Positions 18,122 through 26,608 of a DNA stretch of 36,028 nt are shown in pieces; the stretch's first letter is position 1; each line of letters opens with the position of its first letter. The translations under genes and the position numbers were made by a program. This DNA comes from Chthoniobacteraceae bacterium (GTDB lineage: Bacteria > Verrucomicrobiota > Verrucomicrobiia > Chthoniobacterales > Chthoniobacteraceae). A model generated the notes under the pieces. The model made no database searches and had not been told where the DNA came from. It was given only the letters and a program-made list of their open reading frames with translations. The stretch lies in NCBI GenBank assembly GCA_031409335.1, contig JANNWY010000203.1, positions 1 to 36,028 on the forward strand, read 5' to 3'.

Positions 18122-19579
18122 ATGTCTGAACGCACCGTCGCCATCGTGGGCCGTCCCAACGTCGGCAAATCCGCCCTCTTCAACCGCCTCGCCGGCCGCC
18201 GCATCTCGATCGTCCACGACATGCCGGGCGTGACGCGCGACCGCATCGTGGCCGACTGCAAACTCGGCACCGCGCCTTTCAACATCATCGACACCGGCGG
18301 CATCGGCGGAAATGTGGATCTCGATTTCACGGTCCAGGTCCGCGCCGAAGCCGAGCTGGCGCTGGAAACCGCGGACGTGCTGCTCTTCGTCGTCGATGGC
18401 CAGTCCGGGCTGAATCCGATCGATCAGGAACTCGCGCGCCTGCTTCGCAAAACCAGCAAACCCGTGATGCTCGCGATCAACAAAATCGACGACGACAAAC
18501 ATCAGCCGAACGCATCGGAATTCAGCCGCATGGGTTTCCCGGATTCGATCTCGATCAGCGCCGAGCACAATCGCGGAATCCTTCCGCTCGTCGCATGGAT
18601 CGAGCGCCTGCTGCCGCGCAAGGAGTGGACGCCGGAAGAGGAAAAAGAAGCGGAGGAAAAGCCCGTCTCGATCGCAATCGTGGGCAGGCCAAATGTCGGC
18701 AAATCCTCGCTCACCAATGTCATCCTGCAGGACGAACGCACGCTCGTCAGCCCGATCTCCGGCACCACGCGCGACGCGGTCGATATTCCCTACTCTCGCG
18801 GGAATAAGAACTACATCCTCATCGACACCGCTGGCATTCGTCCGCGCGGAAAAGTGTCCACGTCGGTCGAGGTGTTTTCCGTCATGCGTTCCGAGGCCAG
18901 CATCAAACGCGCGGACCTGTGCTGTCTCGTCATCGACGCCAGCATGGGCGTCACCGCGCAGGACAAAAAGATCGCGGGCCTCATCCAGCAGGCGAAAAAA
19001 CCGTGCGTTGTTGCCGTCAACAAATGGGATCTCATCAAGGATCAGACCGACGACAAGGATTCGCTAAACGCCAAGATGGACGACCTCCGCGCGGAGTTAT
19101 TTTTCCTCGATTACGCCCCGCTCGTCATGTGCTCGGCGAAGACCGGCGCGGAAATGACGCGGCTTTTCAAAACGATCGAAAAGGTCCGCACCGCCTCGCG
19201 CCAGCGCCTCGGCACCGGCCCGCTCAATCGCCTGCTCGCCAGCGCCACCACCGCGCACCCGCCGCCCACCGTCGGCGCAAAACGCCTCAAGATTCTCTAC
19301 GCCACGCAGCCCGATCTGCCGCCACACATGACGATCCCCTTCCCCGAAATCGTCATGTTCGTGAACGACGACAAACTGCTTCCCGAAAGCTACCGCCGTT
19401 ACCTCGAATCCCGCATCCGCGAAGAAGCCCCGTGGACCGGCCTGCCGGTGATGTTCCGCCTGCGCGCCCGCGAGACGAACGAGAAGCGCGGAGGCCGCGG
19501 CATCAAAGGCGGCGGCGGAATGAAGCAAGCCGTGCCAAGGCAAAACCCAAAAGGCCGCCCGCAGAAGAAATCCGGGTAG
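18122..19579 (+). CDS. der: Ribosome biogenesis GTPase Der (EngA)
   Basis: Two GRPNVGKS P-loops, GVTRD/GTTRD, DTGG/DTAG, NKID/NKWD. Confidence 0.98.
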   Translation: MSERTVAIVGRPNVGKSALFNRLAGRRISIVHDMPGVTRDRIVADCKLGTAPFNIIDTGGIGGNVDLDFTVQVRAEAELALETADVLLFVVDGQSGLNPIDQELARLLRKTSKPVMLAINKIDDDKHQPNASEFSRMGFPDSISISAEHNRGILPLVAWIERLLPRKEWTPEEEKEAEEKPVSIAIVGRPNVGKSSLTNVILQDERTLVSPISGTTRDAVDIPYSRGNKNYILIDTAGIRPRGKVSTSVEVFSVMRSEASIKRADLCCLVIDASMGVTAQDKKIAGLIQQAKKPCVVAVNKWDLIKDQTDDKDSLNAKMDDLRAELFFLDYAPLVMCSAKTGAEMTRLFKTIEKVRTASRQRLGTGPLNRLLASATTAHPPPTVGAKRLKILYATQPDLPPHMTIPFPEIVMFVNDDKLLPESYRRYLESRIREEAPWTGLPVMFRLRARETNEKRGGRGIKGGGGMKQAVPRQNPKGRPQKKSG

Positions 19580-19737
19580 CACGCCCGTCCCGGGCGTTGG
19601 TTTCGGCGTCCCGCCGAAACGAACTTCCCAGCCGTGTCGTTGTCTGGATCGACGACCGAGTTTCGCAGTGATGGGTGATGAAAGTCCGCGAAGGCGGGAC
19701 GCCTTCGCCAACGCCCGGGACGGGCGTGCTACCCGGA
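19571..19737. repeat. Inverted pair of GTAG-type REP-like palindromes (REPIN-like)
   Basis: Perfect 30-bp inverted repeat (19571-19600 / 19708-19737). GTAG followed by the hairpin CGCCCG-TCC-CGGGCG. Nested hairpins at 19600-19620 and 19688-19708. Confidence 0.88.
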
Positions 19738-19767
19738 ACTCCCGCCTTTCCACGAAAAAATCCGCCC

Positions 19768-19804
19768 ACTTTGTCTTGCAAAGCGATACTTTGCCCTGCA
19801 AAGT
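19768..19804. promoter_or_regulatory. Tandem palindromic operator candidates ACTTTG-N5-CAAAGY
   Basis: ACTTTG-TCTTG-CAAAGC (19768-19784) and ACTTTG-CCCTG-CAAAGT (19788-19804), ending 7 nt before ATG 19812. Confidence 0.75.
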
Positions 19805-19811
19805 CCCCGCC

Positions 19812-20480
19812 ATGCCGAACCCATCCGAAGCCGAGGAACATCTCCGCGTCATCCGCTCGCTCATGGAAAAAGCGACAATCTATCGGGCGATCTCCGCGCC
19901 TGCAGCTCTCTTTGCAGGCATACTTGCGATCGCGGTCGGTTCGGCATTGATCGCGCGCTGTCGGGATGGGGCGATGGAGATGAATACATTCATCAGCATC
20001 TGGCTTGTAGTTCTGGCAGTGGTCGGCATCGCAAATTTTTTCTTCATCTGGCGTGAGGCAAAAGAGCGCGGAGACGTTTTCGTTTCACCCGGAATGCGCA
20101 TGGCCTTGCGGTCGATGTTCCCGAGTCTAGCTTGCGGCGGCGTTCTCTCTTTTTACTTTTCCACAGATTACGAACTGGTCCGTGCCGCCGTGCTCTGGAT
20201 GATCTTTTACGGTTTGGCTCTCATGGCGACCTCACACTTTGCCCCACGCTCTATCAGATGGCTCGGGCTTACCTTCGTTCTCGCCGGACTCTTCTTCGCT
20301 AAAAACCCATTGGCACTTCTGGCGCTGCCCATGACGTTTCTGCACAACGGATTTCAGAACAATTTCTCGGCTATGGCCAACGCACTGATGGTCCTGAGTT
20401 TCGGATCGTTTCACGTAATCTATGCACTTTTCATCTGGTCGCGCGGCGCTGCCAAGCCGGTGACCGCGCACGAGCTGTGA
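19812..20480 (+). CDS. Integral membrane protein (about 6 TM) coupled to the downstream regulator
   Basis: N-terminal AEEHLRVIRSLMEKA helix, WMIFYGLAL, FGSFHVIYA. 4-nt gap to the HTH gene. Confidence 0.8.
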   Translation: MPNPSEAEEHLRVIRSLMEKATIYRAISAPAALFAGILAIAVGSALIARCRDGAMEMNTFISIWLVVLAVVGIANFFFIWREAKERGDVFVSPGMRMALRSMFPSLACGGVLSFYFSTDYELVRAAVLWMIFYGLALMATSHFAPRSIRWLGLTFVLAGLFFAKNPLALLALPMTFLHNGFQNNFSAMANALMVLSFGSFHVIYALFIWSRGAAKPVTAHEL

Positions 20481-20484
20481 ACCG

Positions 20485-20781
20485 ATGTTCGACTTCGATA
20501 AACTCGACAAGACGATCCATGAGAAAGGTCGGCTCGGCATCATGACGCTACTGGCAACGCGAGCTAGCTGGCCGTTTCAGGATTTGAAGGCGGAACTCAA
20601 GATGAGCGACGGCAATCTCATCTCGCATTTGCGCACGCTGCACGATGCCGGGTTCGTCGCGTTCACAAAGGAAGTCATTGAGCGACCGCAGACTAGTTAC
20701 TCGCTAACTGCGAAAGGGCGGAAGGCCTTTCAAGATTACCTCACCGTGCTCGAGCAGATCGTGAACGCCGGACGCAACTAG
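20485..20781 (+). CDS. Winged-helix transcriptional regulator (ArsR/MarR-like, HTH_34 type)
   Basis: IHEKGRLGIMTLL, F.DLK..L.MSDGNL.SHL..L, YSLTAKGRKAF. Confidence 0.9.
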   Translation: MFDFDKLDKTIHEKGRLGIMTLLATRASWPFQDLKAELKMSDGNLISHLRTLHDAGFVAFTKEVIERPQTSYSLTAKGRKAFQDYLTVLEQIVNAGRN

Positions 20782-20811
20782 AGCCTGTTATGCACTTACG
20801 GACTGACCTAT

Positions 20812-20904
20812 ACACAGAGGTACAGAGAACACGGAGATTCACAGAGAGCTTCGGAGTTCCTACCTTTCTCTCTGTGAACCTCCGTGTCCTCTGTACCTCT
20901 GTGT
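20812..20904. repeat. Hairpin with 9-nt-periodic arms, copy 2, inverted relative to copy 1
   Basis: 37-bp arms at 20812-20848 and 20868-20904 with two mismatches. Shares the end TTCTTAAACACAGAG with copy 1 on the opposite strand. Confidence 0.9.
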
Positions 20905-20958
20905 TTAAGAACAGAAAGAGCATCGCAGCCCCCAACCGCGCGCTTCGTTTGCCCAATC

Positions 20959-20975
20959 GCTTTGCCATACAAAGT
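20959..20975. promoter_or_regulatory. Third operator candidate GCTTTG-N5-CAAAGT upstream of ispH
   Basis: GCTTTG-CCATA-CAAAGT, ending 14 nt before ATG 20990. Confidence 0.7.
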
Positions 20976-20989
20976 AACAACTAAACCCT

Positions 20990-21862
20990 ATGATCATAAA
21001 ACTCGCAGAACACTACGGCCTCTGCTTTGGCGTCCGGGATGCCATCGCGCAGGCGGAACAACTCGCCGCCGCCGGGCCGCTCACCATCCTCGGCGAACTC
21101 GTCCACAATCCTGTCGTCCGCGAACGGCTCGCCGCGCGCGGCGTCCGCGAAGGTTCACTTGCCGGAACCACTTCGCCGACAGCACAGGTGATGATCACCG
21201 CGCACGGCGCGTCCGACGCCGCCCGCGCTTCGTGGCGCAGCGCGGGATTTGGCGTCGCGGATGGGACGTGCCCGCTCGTCCGCCACGCGCACGATCAATT
21301 GAAAGTGCTCGTGCAGCTCGGCCATTTCCCGGTCGTCATCGGCAAACGCGGCCACGTCGAAGTCCTCGGACTTACCGGCGACTTTCCGGAAACGCACGTC
21401 ATCGAATCCGAGGCAGACATCGCCACGCTGCCCGCTCGCGAGCGCTACGGCGTAATCTCGCAAACCACCCAGCCGCTCGCCAAAGTCCACGCGCTCTTCG
21501 AAGCCCTGCGCCGCGCGCGCCCGAACAGCGAAGTGACCTTCCGCGACACCGTCTGCCAGCCCACAAAAAACCGGCAGAACGCCCTGCGCAAACTCATCGC
21601 CGAGTGCGACACGCTGGTCGTCGTCGGCGGACGCAACAGCAACAACACCCTCCAACTCGTCGCCGCCGCGAGCATCGCCGGGCTCACCGTTCATCACATT
21701 GAGCGCACCGAGGATCTCAATGCTGAATGGTTTCGCGAAGCCAGGATCGTCGGACTCACCGCAGGCACGAGCACCCTGAAGGAAACCGTCGCCGCAGTTC
21801 ACGCGCGGCTGGAACAGTTTGCGGGCCAGCTTTCCAACCGACTCGAAACCCATGCCGCATAG
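20990..21862 (+). CDS. ispH: HMBPP reductase IspH (LytB)
   Basis: GLCFGV, ELVHNP, ITAHG, DGTCPLV, GKRGHVEV, SQTT, DTVCQPTKNRQ, VGGRNSNNT, GLTAGTST. Confidence 0.95.
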   Translation: MIIKLAEHYGLCFGVRDAIAQAEQLAAAGPLTILGELVHNPVVRERLAARGVREGSLAGTTSPTAQVMITAHGASDAARASWRSAGFGVADGTCPLVRHAHDQLKVLVQLGHFPVVIGKRGHVEVLGLTGDFPETHVIESEADIATLPARERYGVISQTTQPLAKVHALFEALRRARPNSEVTFRDTVCQPTKNRQNALRKLIAECDTLVVVGGRNSNNTLQLVAAASIAGLTVHHIERTEDLNAEWFREARIVGLTAGTSTLKETVAAVHARLEQFAGQLSNRLETHAA

Positions 21863-23441
21863 TCACGCTATTTCGATGAACGCATCCCGAATCCATCCCG
21901 AAACACCATTCCGCACGAAGCTGCGCAAGCGCTGGGTGCCACGGGATATGGTGACACCACCCACGCTTGATCCCTTACTATCCGCAGGTCCAGTCGAGCC
22001 CCGCACTGCTCTTCTCATCAATCCATTTTATCCGAAGGACGCACACGCCAGCTTTGGCAAACATGTGCTGACACCGACCCTCGCGCTCACCAGTTTCGCG
22101 GGTGCAACTCCCGAGCATTGGCAGGTGGAATACTGGGATGAAAATTTGTTGCACGGCCGGCCTCCTTTCGCACCCATGCCGGAGGTGGTGGGAATCACGG
22201 TGCATCTCACGTTCGCGCGCCGCGCCTACGAACTCGCGGCGTGGTATCGCTCTCGTGGCAGCAAAGTGATTCTCGGTGGATTGCACGTCGTCTCGTGCCC
22301 GGAGGAAGCCGCTCCGCACGCCGACGCGCTGGCGATCGGCGACGGCGTCCAGCTTTGGCCGCGCATTCTCGCCGACGTGGAAAGCGGGGCGTTAAAGCCC
22401 GAATACCGCGTGATGTACGAGAACGAATACCGTGACGATCCGCCTCCGCACAGAACCCTGCTAAAGCGCCGGAGCTTTCTCACCACCACGAGCATCGTCG
22501 CGACGCGCGGCTGCCACAATCGCTGCGGCTTTTGCTACCTCTCCACGGACGGATTGCGGATGCCTTACCGAGTGCGCGATGTCGAGCAGGTCGTCGCGGA
22601 GTTTGCCGCGGACGATCAGCCTTACGCGGTCTTCATTGACAACAATCTCGGCTCGCGCCGCGAGTATCTGCGGGCGCTCTGTCGTGGGTTGCGACCCATC
22701 GAGAAAATCTGGAGCGCGGCGGTAACTCTCGATGTCACCGACGACCCATCGCTCGTGCGCGAGATGGCGCTCGCAGGCTGCACCGGCGTTTTTATTGGGT
22801 TCGAAAGTCTGTCGGATTCCAATCTTGCGAACGCGCACAAACGGACACCGCGCACCGATGACTACGCGCGCCGCGTGCGGCTCCTGCACGATCACGGCAT
22901 CCAGGTGAACGGCAGCTTTGTGCTTGGCTTTGACGACGACCGTCGGGACGTCTTCGCGACGACCGCGCAATGGATCGAGGAGAACCGGCTGGAATGCGCA
23001 ACGTTCCACATCCTCACACCCTATCCCGGCACGCCGCTGTTCCGGCAGATGGAAAGCGAGGGCCGCATCCTGCATCGCGACTGGAGCCTCTACGACACCG
23101 CGCACGTGGTCTTCCAACCACGACATATGTCACCCGAAGAACTGGCCCATGGCTATAGCTGGATCTACCAGCGCCTTTTCTCCCACGCATCAATCTGGCG
23201 GCGCAGGCCAGACGATTGGCGCGCAGTCGCCGCCTACGTGGCAATGTCCTATCTCTACAAACGTTCAAACCGGTTCTGGCATCTGCTCATCAAACACAAT
23301 CTTGTGCAGCCAGTCTGGCGACCGCTCGTGGAGTGGACGCGCCGGAGGCATTTGAACTACCGCGAGGCTTTGGCAGGGCGGGCGATGGCATCGACCGAGC
23401 CACTCGAGACACCCGGCGTAGTGCTATCCGCCGGAGTCTAA
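21852..23441 (+). CDS. B12-binding-domain radical SAM protein
   Basis: VILGGLH, TRGCHNRCGFC (CxxxCxxC), FIDNN, IGFES, GSFVLGFD, ILTPYPGTPLF. Start uncertain (21852, 21876 or 21948). Confidence 0.9.
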   Translation: MPHSHAISMNASRIHPETPFRTKLRKRWVPRDMVTPPTLDPLLSAGPVEPRTALLINPFYPKDAHASFGKHVLTPTLALTSFAGATPEHWQVEYWDENLLHGRPPFAPMPEVVGITVHLTFARRAYELAAWYRSRGSKVILGGLHVVSCPEEAAPHADALAIGDGVQLWPRILADVESGALKPEYRVMYENEYRDDPPPHRTLLKRRSFLTTTSIVATRGCHNRCGFCYLSTDGLRMPYRVRDVEQVVAEFAADDQPYAVFIDNNLGSRREYLRALCRGLRPIEKIWSAAVTLDVTDDPSLVREMALAGCTGVFIGFESLSDSNLANAHKRTPRTDDYARRVRLLHDHGIQVNGSFVLGFDDDRRDVFATTAQWIEENRLECATFHILTPYPGTPLFRQMESEGRILHRDWSLYDTAHVVFQPRHMSPEELAHGYSWIYQRLFSHASIWRRRPDDWRAVAAYVAMSYLYKRSNRFWHLLIKHNLVQPVWRPLVEWTRRRHLNYREALAGRAMASTEPLETPGVVLSAGV

Positions 23442-23527
23442 CTCGATCACACGAAACCCGCTCGTGACAGTGCTTGAACCATTTCGACCCAAAGGTGTCT
23501 GACGCCTTCGTTCAGCCCCAACACGCT

Positions 23528-25186
23528 ATGGAAGCAACGCCATCTCCCTCGATGAATATCCCTCCGAACATTCCAACTCTGCCACTCTTAGCAAGCGTGG
23601 TCGAAGCGCCACGCGCACTCGCCGACGGCGAAAGATTGTGGCCGACGTGCGTCTCCGCTGGCATAGTCATGATGCTCGGGGATTTCTTGTTGTGGGGTTT
23701 TGCGCCGGGTCTCTCGCTGGCTGTCTTCGCGGTGGTGATGGCTGGTATGTTACTTCTGCGAAATGGGCGCGCTGTTTTGAAGCCGCGGGTCCTCATTCCT
23801 TTCTTTCTGCTACTCGCGTCTGCCGTGCAGACGGCGATCGAGATTTCCTTCACAAATTGCGCCGTCATCGCGGCGTTGTTCGCGGTGTTGATGGGTGAGT
23901 TGTATTTCTCAAAGCTCGCTGCGGGTTGGGCGCGGTGGTCGGAGTCGATCATCGCCTGGGTCGGCGGACCTGGCCGCTGGGCGTGGCTGATACAGGCGGT
24001 GTCGGAACAACCAGTTTCCGGCGCGGGAGCGAGCCGGATCGGTGATCGGATGCTGCGGATCGTCCGCATCGGACTGCCCGCCGTGCTTTTGCTGGCCTTG
24101 TTCGCCGGCGTATTCGCTTCGGGAAATCGCATCTTCGCGGAATACCTCGCGCGTTTTTCAGATCATCTGAAAGTGTGGCTGCTTAGTTTCGACTACTCAG
24201 TGCCGCGGATGCTTTTCTGGTGGGTCCTTGCGACGCTTGCGCTCGTGTTCATGCGACCCCGCGATGGTGCGGCTGTTCCGCGCGCATGGGCGCGTCCCTT
24301 GCTGGAGTGGCGTCGCTCGGATGCCAGCGTCGCCTTTTGGCAAAGCGTGATGATTTTGACTGCGTTGAACGTCCTTTTCTTCGCGATCAACACGATCGAC
24401 GTCGTCTATCTCTGGATGCACACGGCGGTGCCGGAGGGGATGAAAGGGAAACAGTTTTTGCACGAGGGTGTGAACAGCCTGATCGCGGCGACAGTGCTCG
24501 CCGGCATCGTGCTTACATTCCTTTTCCAGCAGTCCGATGAAGTGATGCGGCCAGCCACTTTGAAAGGGCTCGCGTTCGCATGGATCGCGCAAAATCTGGT
24601 GCTGATCGCCGGTGTATTCCTGCGGCTGAAACTTTACGTCGATACCGAGGAAATGACGGCGAAGCGCGTGTATGTCGCGTGTTTCCTTCTCCTCGTCACG
24701 CTGGGCTTTGCCTATCTGTGCGCGCACGTGCGGCGCGGGCGTGGAGCGAGCCGTTTGATTTGGCGAAACGCAGTGACGACTTTCGCACTGTTCTTCGTGA
24801 TGCAATATCTCGACGTGATCGGCTGGGTATGCCGTTACAACGTTGAGCGCGGACCTGCGAGCGGCCAGGGATACCACTTCAACGTTGCCTACCAACTGAC
24901 GCTCGGTCCGAATGCGTGGCCGGTCTTGCTGCAAGCCGAGCGAATCCTGCCGGATGGTGGACTGCGCGAAGATTTGCGGCTCGGGCTGCGGGAAGTGGCG
25001 GGCATGGCAAAGGATTTGGCCGGGATCAACTGGCGTGGGGCGCAGACGCGGCCTGATCGCGATGTGGCGGAACTGCTCGCATGGGCGAAACCGCTCGGAC
25101 CACTCACGGCTGCGGAACGTGAATCGAAGGTGATTCACGACTACTACAACACGCTCCGCGAGCTGCGTCCGAGTTGGGATGACTAA
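23528..25186 (+). CDS. DUF4153/DUF4173-like multi-pass membrane protein
   Basis: Many TM segments. LF...FASGN.IF, HEGVNSL, RLKLYV...MTAKRV and YNV resemble the family motifs. Start uncertain. Confidence 0.75.
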   Translation: MEATPSPSMNIPPNIPTLPLLASVVEAPRALADGERLWPTCVSAGIVMMLGDFLLWGFAPGLSLAVFAVVMAGMLLLRNGRAVLKPRVLIPFFLLLASAVQTAIEISFTNCAVIAALFAVLMGELYFSKLAAGWARWSESIIAWVGGPGRWAWLIQAVSEQPVSGAGASRIGDRMLRIVRIGLPAVLLLALFAGVFASGNRIFAEYLARFSDHLKVWLLSFDYSVPRMLFWWVLATLALVFMRPRDGAAVPRAWARPLLEWRRSDASVAFWQSVMILTALNVLFFAINTIDVVYLWMHTAVPEGMKGKQFLHEGVNSLIAATVLAGIVLTFLFQQSDEVMRPATLKGLAFAWIAQNLVLIAGVFLRLKLYVDTEEMTAKRVYVACFLLLVTLGFAYLCAHVRRGRGASRLIWRNAVTTFALFFVMQYLDVIGWVCRYNVERGPASGQGYHFNVAYQLTLGPNAWPVLLQAERILPDGGLREDLRLGLREVAGMAKDLAGINWRGAQTRPDRDVAELLAWAKPLGPLTAAERESKVIHDYYNTLRELRPSWDD

Positions 25187-25501
25187 ACGCCGCAGTCCCA
25201 GAGCCTTCGGCTTTCAACCCCGCTCACCCCGCTGCTGTTGCTGGGAATTTTCCAGCGACCTCGTGCAATCAACTTTTTACGCAATCCCGCTATTGCGCTC
25301 ACGTGATCGTCAGGCTCCAGACGATGTCTTCGCGGAGCATCGCCATTGCCATGTGGTGATGCCAGCCTGCCCGACTGCGCATTTGGAGTTCTGCCATTTC
25401 GGCGGGTCCTTTGGTGTATTGCGGCGCGCTCAATCCAAAAGCGTGCGGTGGCCCAGCGCATAAATTCAGGAAAATATTTGACGAGCCGCGGCTAGTAGCA
25501 C

Positions 25502-25518
25502 ATGAGACGCAATCTCAT
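25502..25518. promoter_or_regulatory. Fur-box-like palindrome ATGAGA-N5-TCTCAT overlapping the start codon
   Basis: ATGAGACGCAATCTCAT in an AT-rich patch at the head of an operon ending in a TonB receptor. TTGACG at 25478. Confidence 0.5.
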
Positions 25519-26434
25519 TATAAATTTCCGTCACACCGTTGTTGCCTCTGCTTTCGCTGTTGCCCTCGGCGCTTTGGCCTTTCACTCCACGCCCGCCGCC
25601 CGCGCGGATGAAAACCTCTGGGTTTATAATCGCGGCGCGGAGACGCTGCCGAAGGGCGAGGTTGAGTTTTACTACTCAAACATTTTCAAGATCGGGCGCA
25701 ACACGGGGAGCTATCTCGGCTGGGACATGCGCCCGGAGATCGAATACGGCCTGACCAACCGGCTCACGCTGAGCGCCGATTTACTCGAGCATTACCACTA
25801 TTTCCGCGACATCCCGTTCGATCCCTACACGGATGTGAAGCGCAATAAATTCACCTTCGGCGGCTTCGACGTGAAGGCGAAACTCATGGTGCTGAGTCCT
25901 TACAAAGACTGGTTTGGGCTGGCGTTCGGGTTTGCGTATGAGCGGCGGTTTTCCTACCGGCTCGATGGCGCGCCGACGCGGCAGAACAGCATCAAACCGT
26001 CGGTCTATCTGCAAAAGAATTTCCTCGATGACACGCTCATCGTCGCGGCGACCACGAGCCTGGAATTCGAGCGTCGCCATTTCAAAGACGGCTCCGGGAT
26101 ACTCGAGGAGGAAATCTCGCTCGAAGCCTCGATCGGCGTCTCCTACCGCTTCGCGCCGAACTGGTACATCGGCTTTGAAGTGCGCTCGCAGGCGGACTTT
26201 TTGGAGGCCGCGTTCATCAGCGTGAATGAGCTGAATTGGGGTCGCAACTATCAGCGCGGGATTTACGCCGGGCCATCGATCCACTACGGCGGCAAGCATT
26301 ACTGGGCGACGCTCGGCGTGCTCACGCAGGTCTGGGGCGGGCCGGACAAAGGTTCGCCGGACAGCGACAGCGGCTACAATTGGGACGAGCACGAGCGGCT
26401 GCACGTCGGGTTCACGGTGGGGCGGAATTTTTAG
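25502..26434 (+). CDS. Outer-membrane beta-barrel-like protein (DUF6662-like)
   Basis: Signal peptide ending ARA-DENL, then GAETLPKG and EIEYGLTNRL. Alternating beta-strand pattern and C-terminal Phe. Confidence 0.8.
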   Translation: MRRNLIINFRHTVVASAFAVALGALAFHSTPAARADENLWVYNRGAETLPKGEVEFYYSNIFKIGRNTGSYLGWDMRPEIEYGLTNRLTLSADLLEHYHYFRDIPFDPYTDVKRNKFTFGGFDVKAKLMVLSPYKDWFGLAFGFAYERRFSYRLDGAPTRQNSIKPSVYLQKNFLDDTLIVAATTSLEFERRHFKDGSGILEEEISLEASIGVSYRFAPNWYIGFEVRSQADFLEAAFISVNELNWGRNYQRGIYAGPSIHYGGKHYWATLGVLTQVWGGPDKGSPDSDSGYNWDEHERLHVGFTVGRNF

Positions 26435-26451
26435 CCCGGATCCGGAAATGA

Positions 26452-26581
26452 GGACAGGAAGATTGGGGACAGGAACATGGGAAAAAGGACTGACCCAAAA
26501 CAGGGCGCATACTTCGCCGGATTTGGCCGCGCGGTCGTTCGATGCCTCGCCGTCATTTTCCTGTCCCCAATTTTCCTGTCC
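26452..26581. repeat. Hairpin with 15-nt-periodic GGACAGGAA arms
   Basis: GGACAGGAAGATTGGGGACAGGAACATG (26452-26479) and CATTTTCCTGTCCCCAATTTTCCTGTCC (26554-26581), two mismatches in 28. Confidence 0.85.
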
Positions 26582-26608
26582 AAATTCCGTCCTTAAATTT
26601 AGTCCGCG

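Noticed and set aside
1..21862. dxr, ispG and ispH as one MEP operon
   Set aside because: ispH is about 13 kb from ispG, separated by opposite-strand genes, and has its own operator candidate.
25179..25463. Short ORFs or a riboswitch between the DUF4153-like and barrel genes
   Set aside because: No protein motif, and no recognisable cobalamin, FMN or TPP riboswitch consensus.
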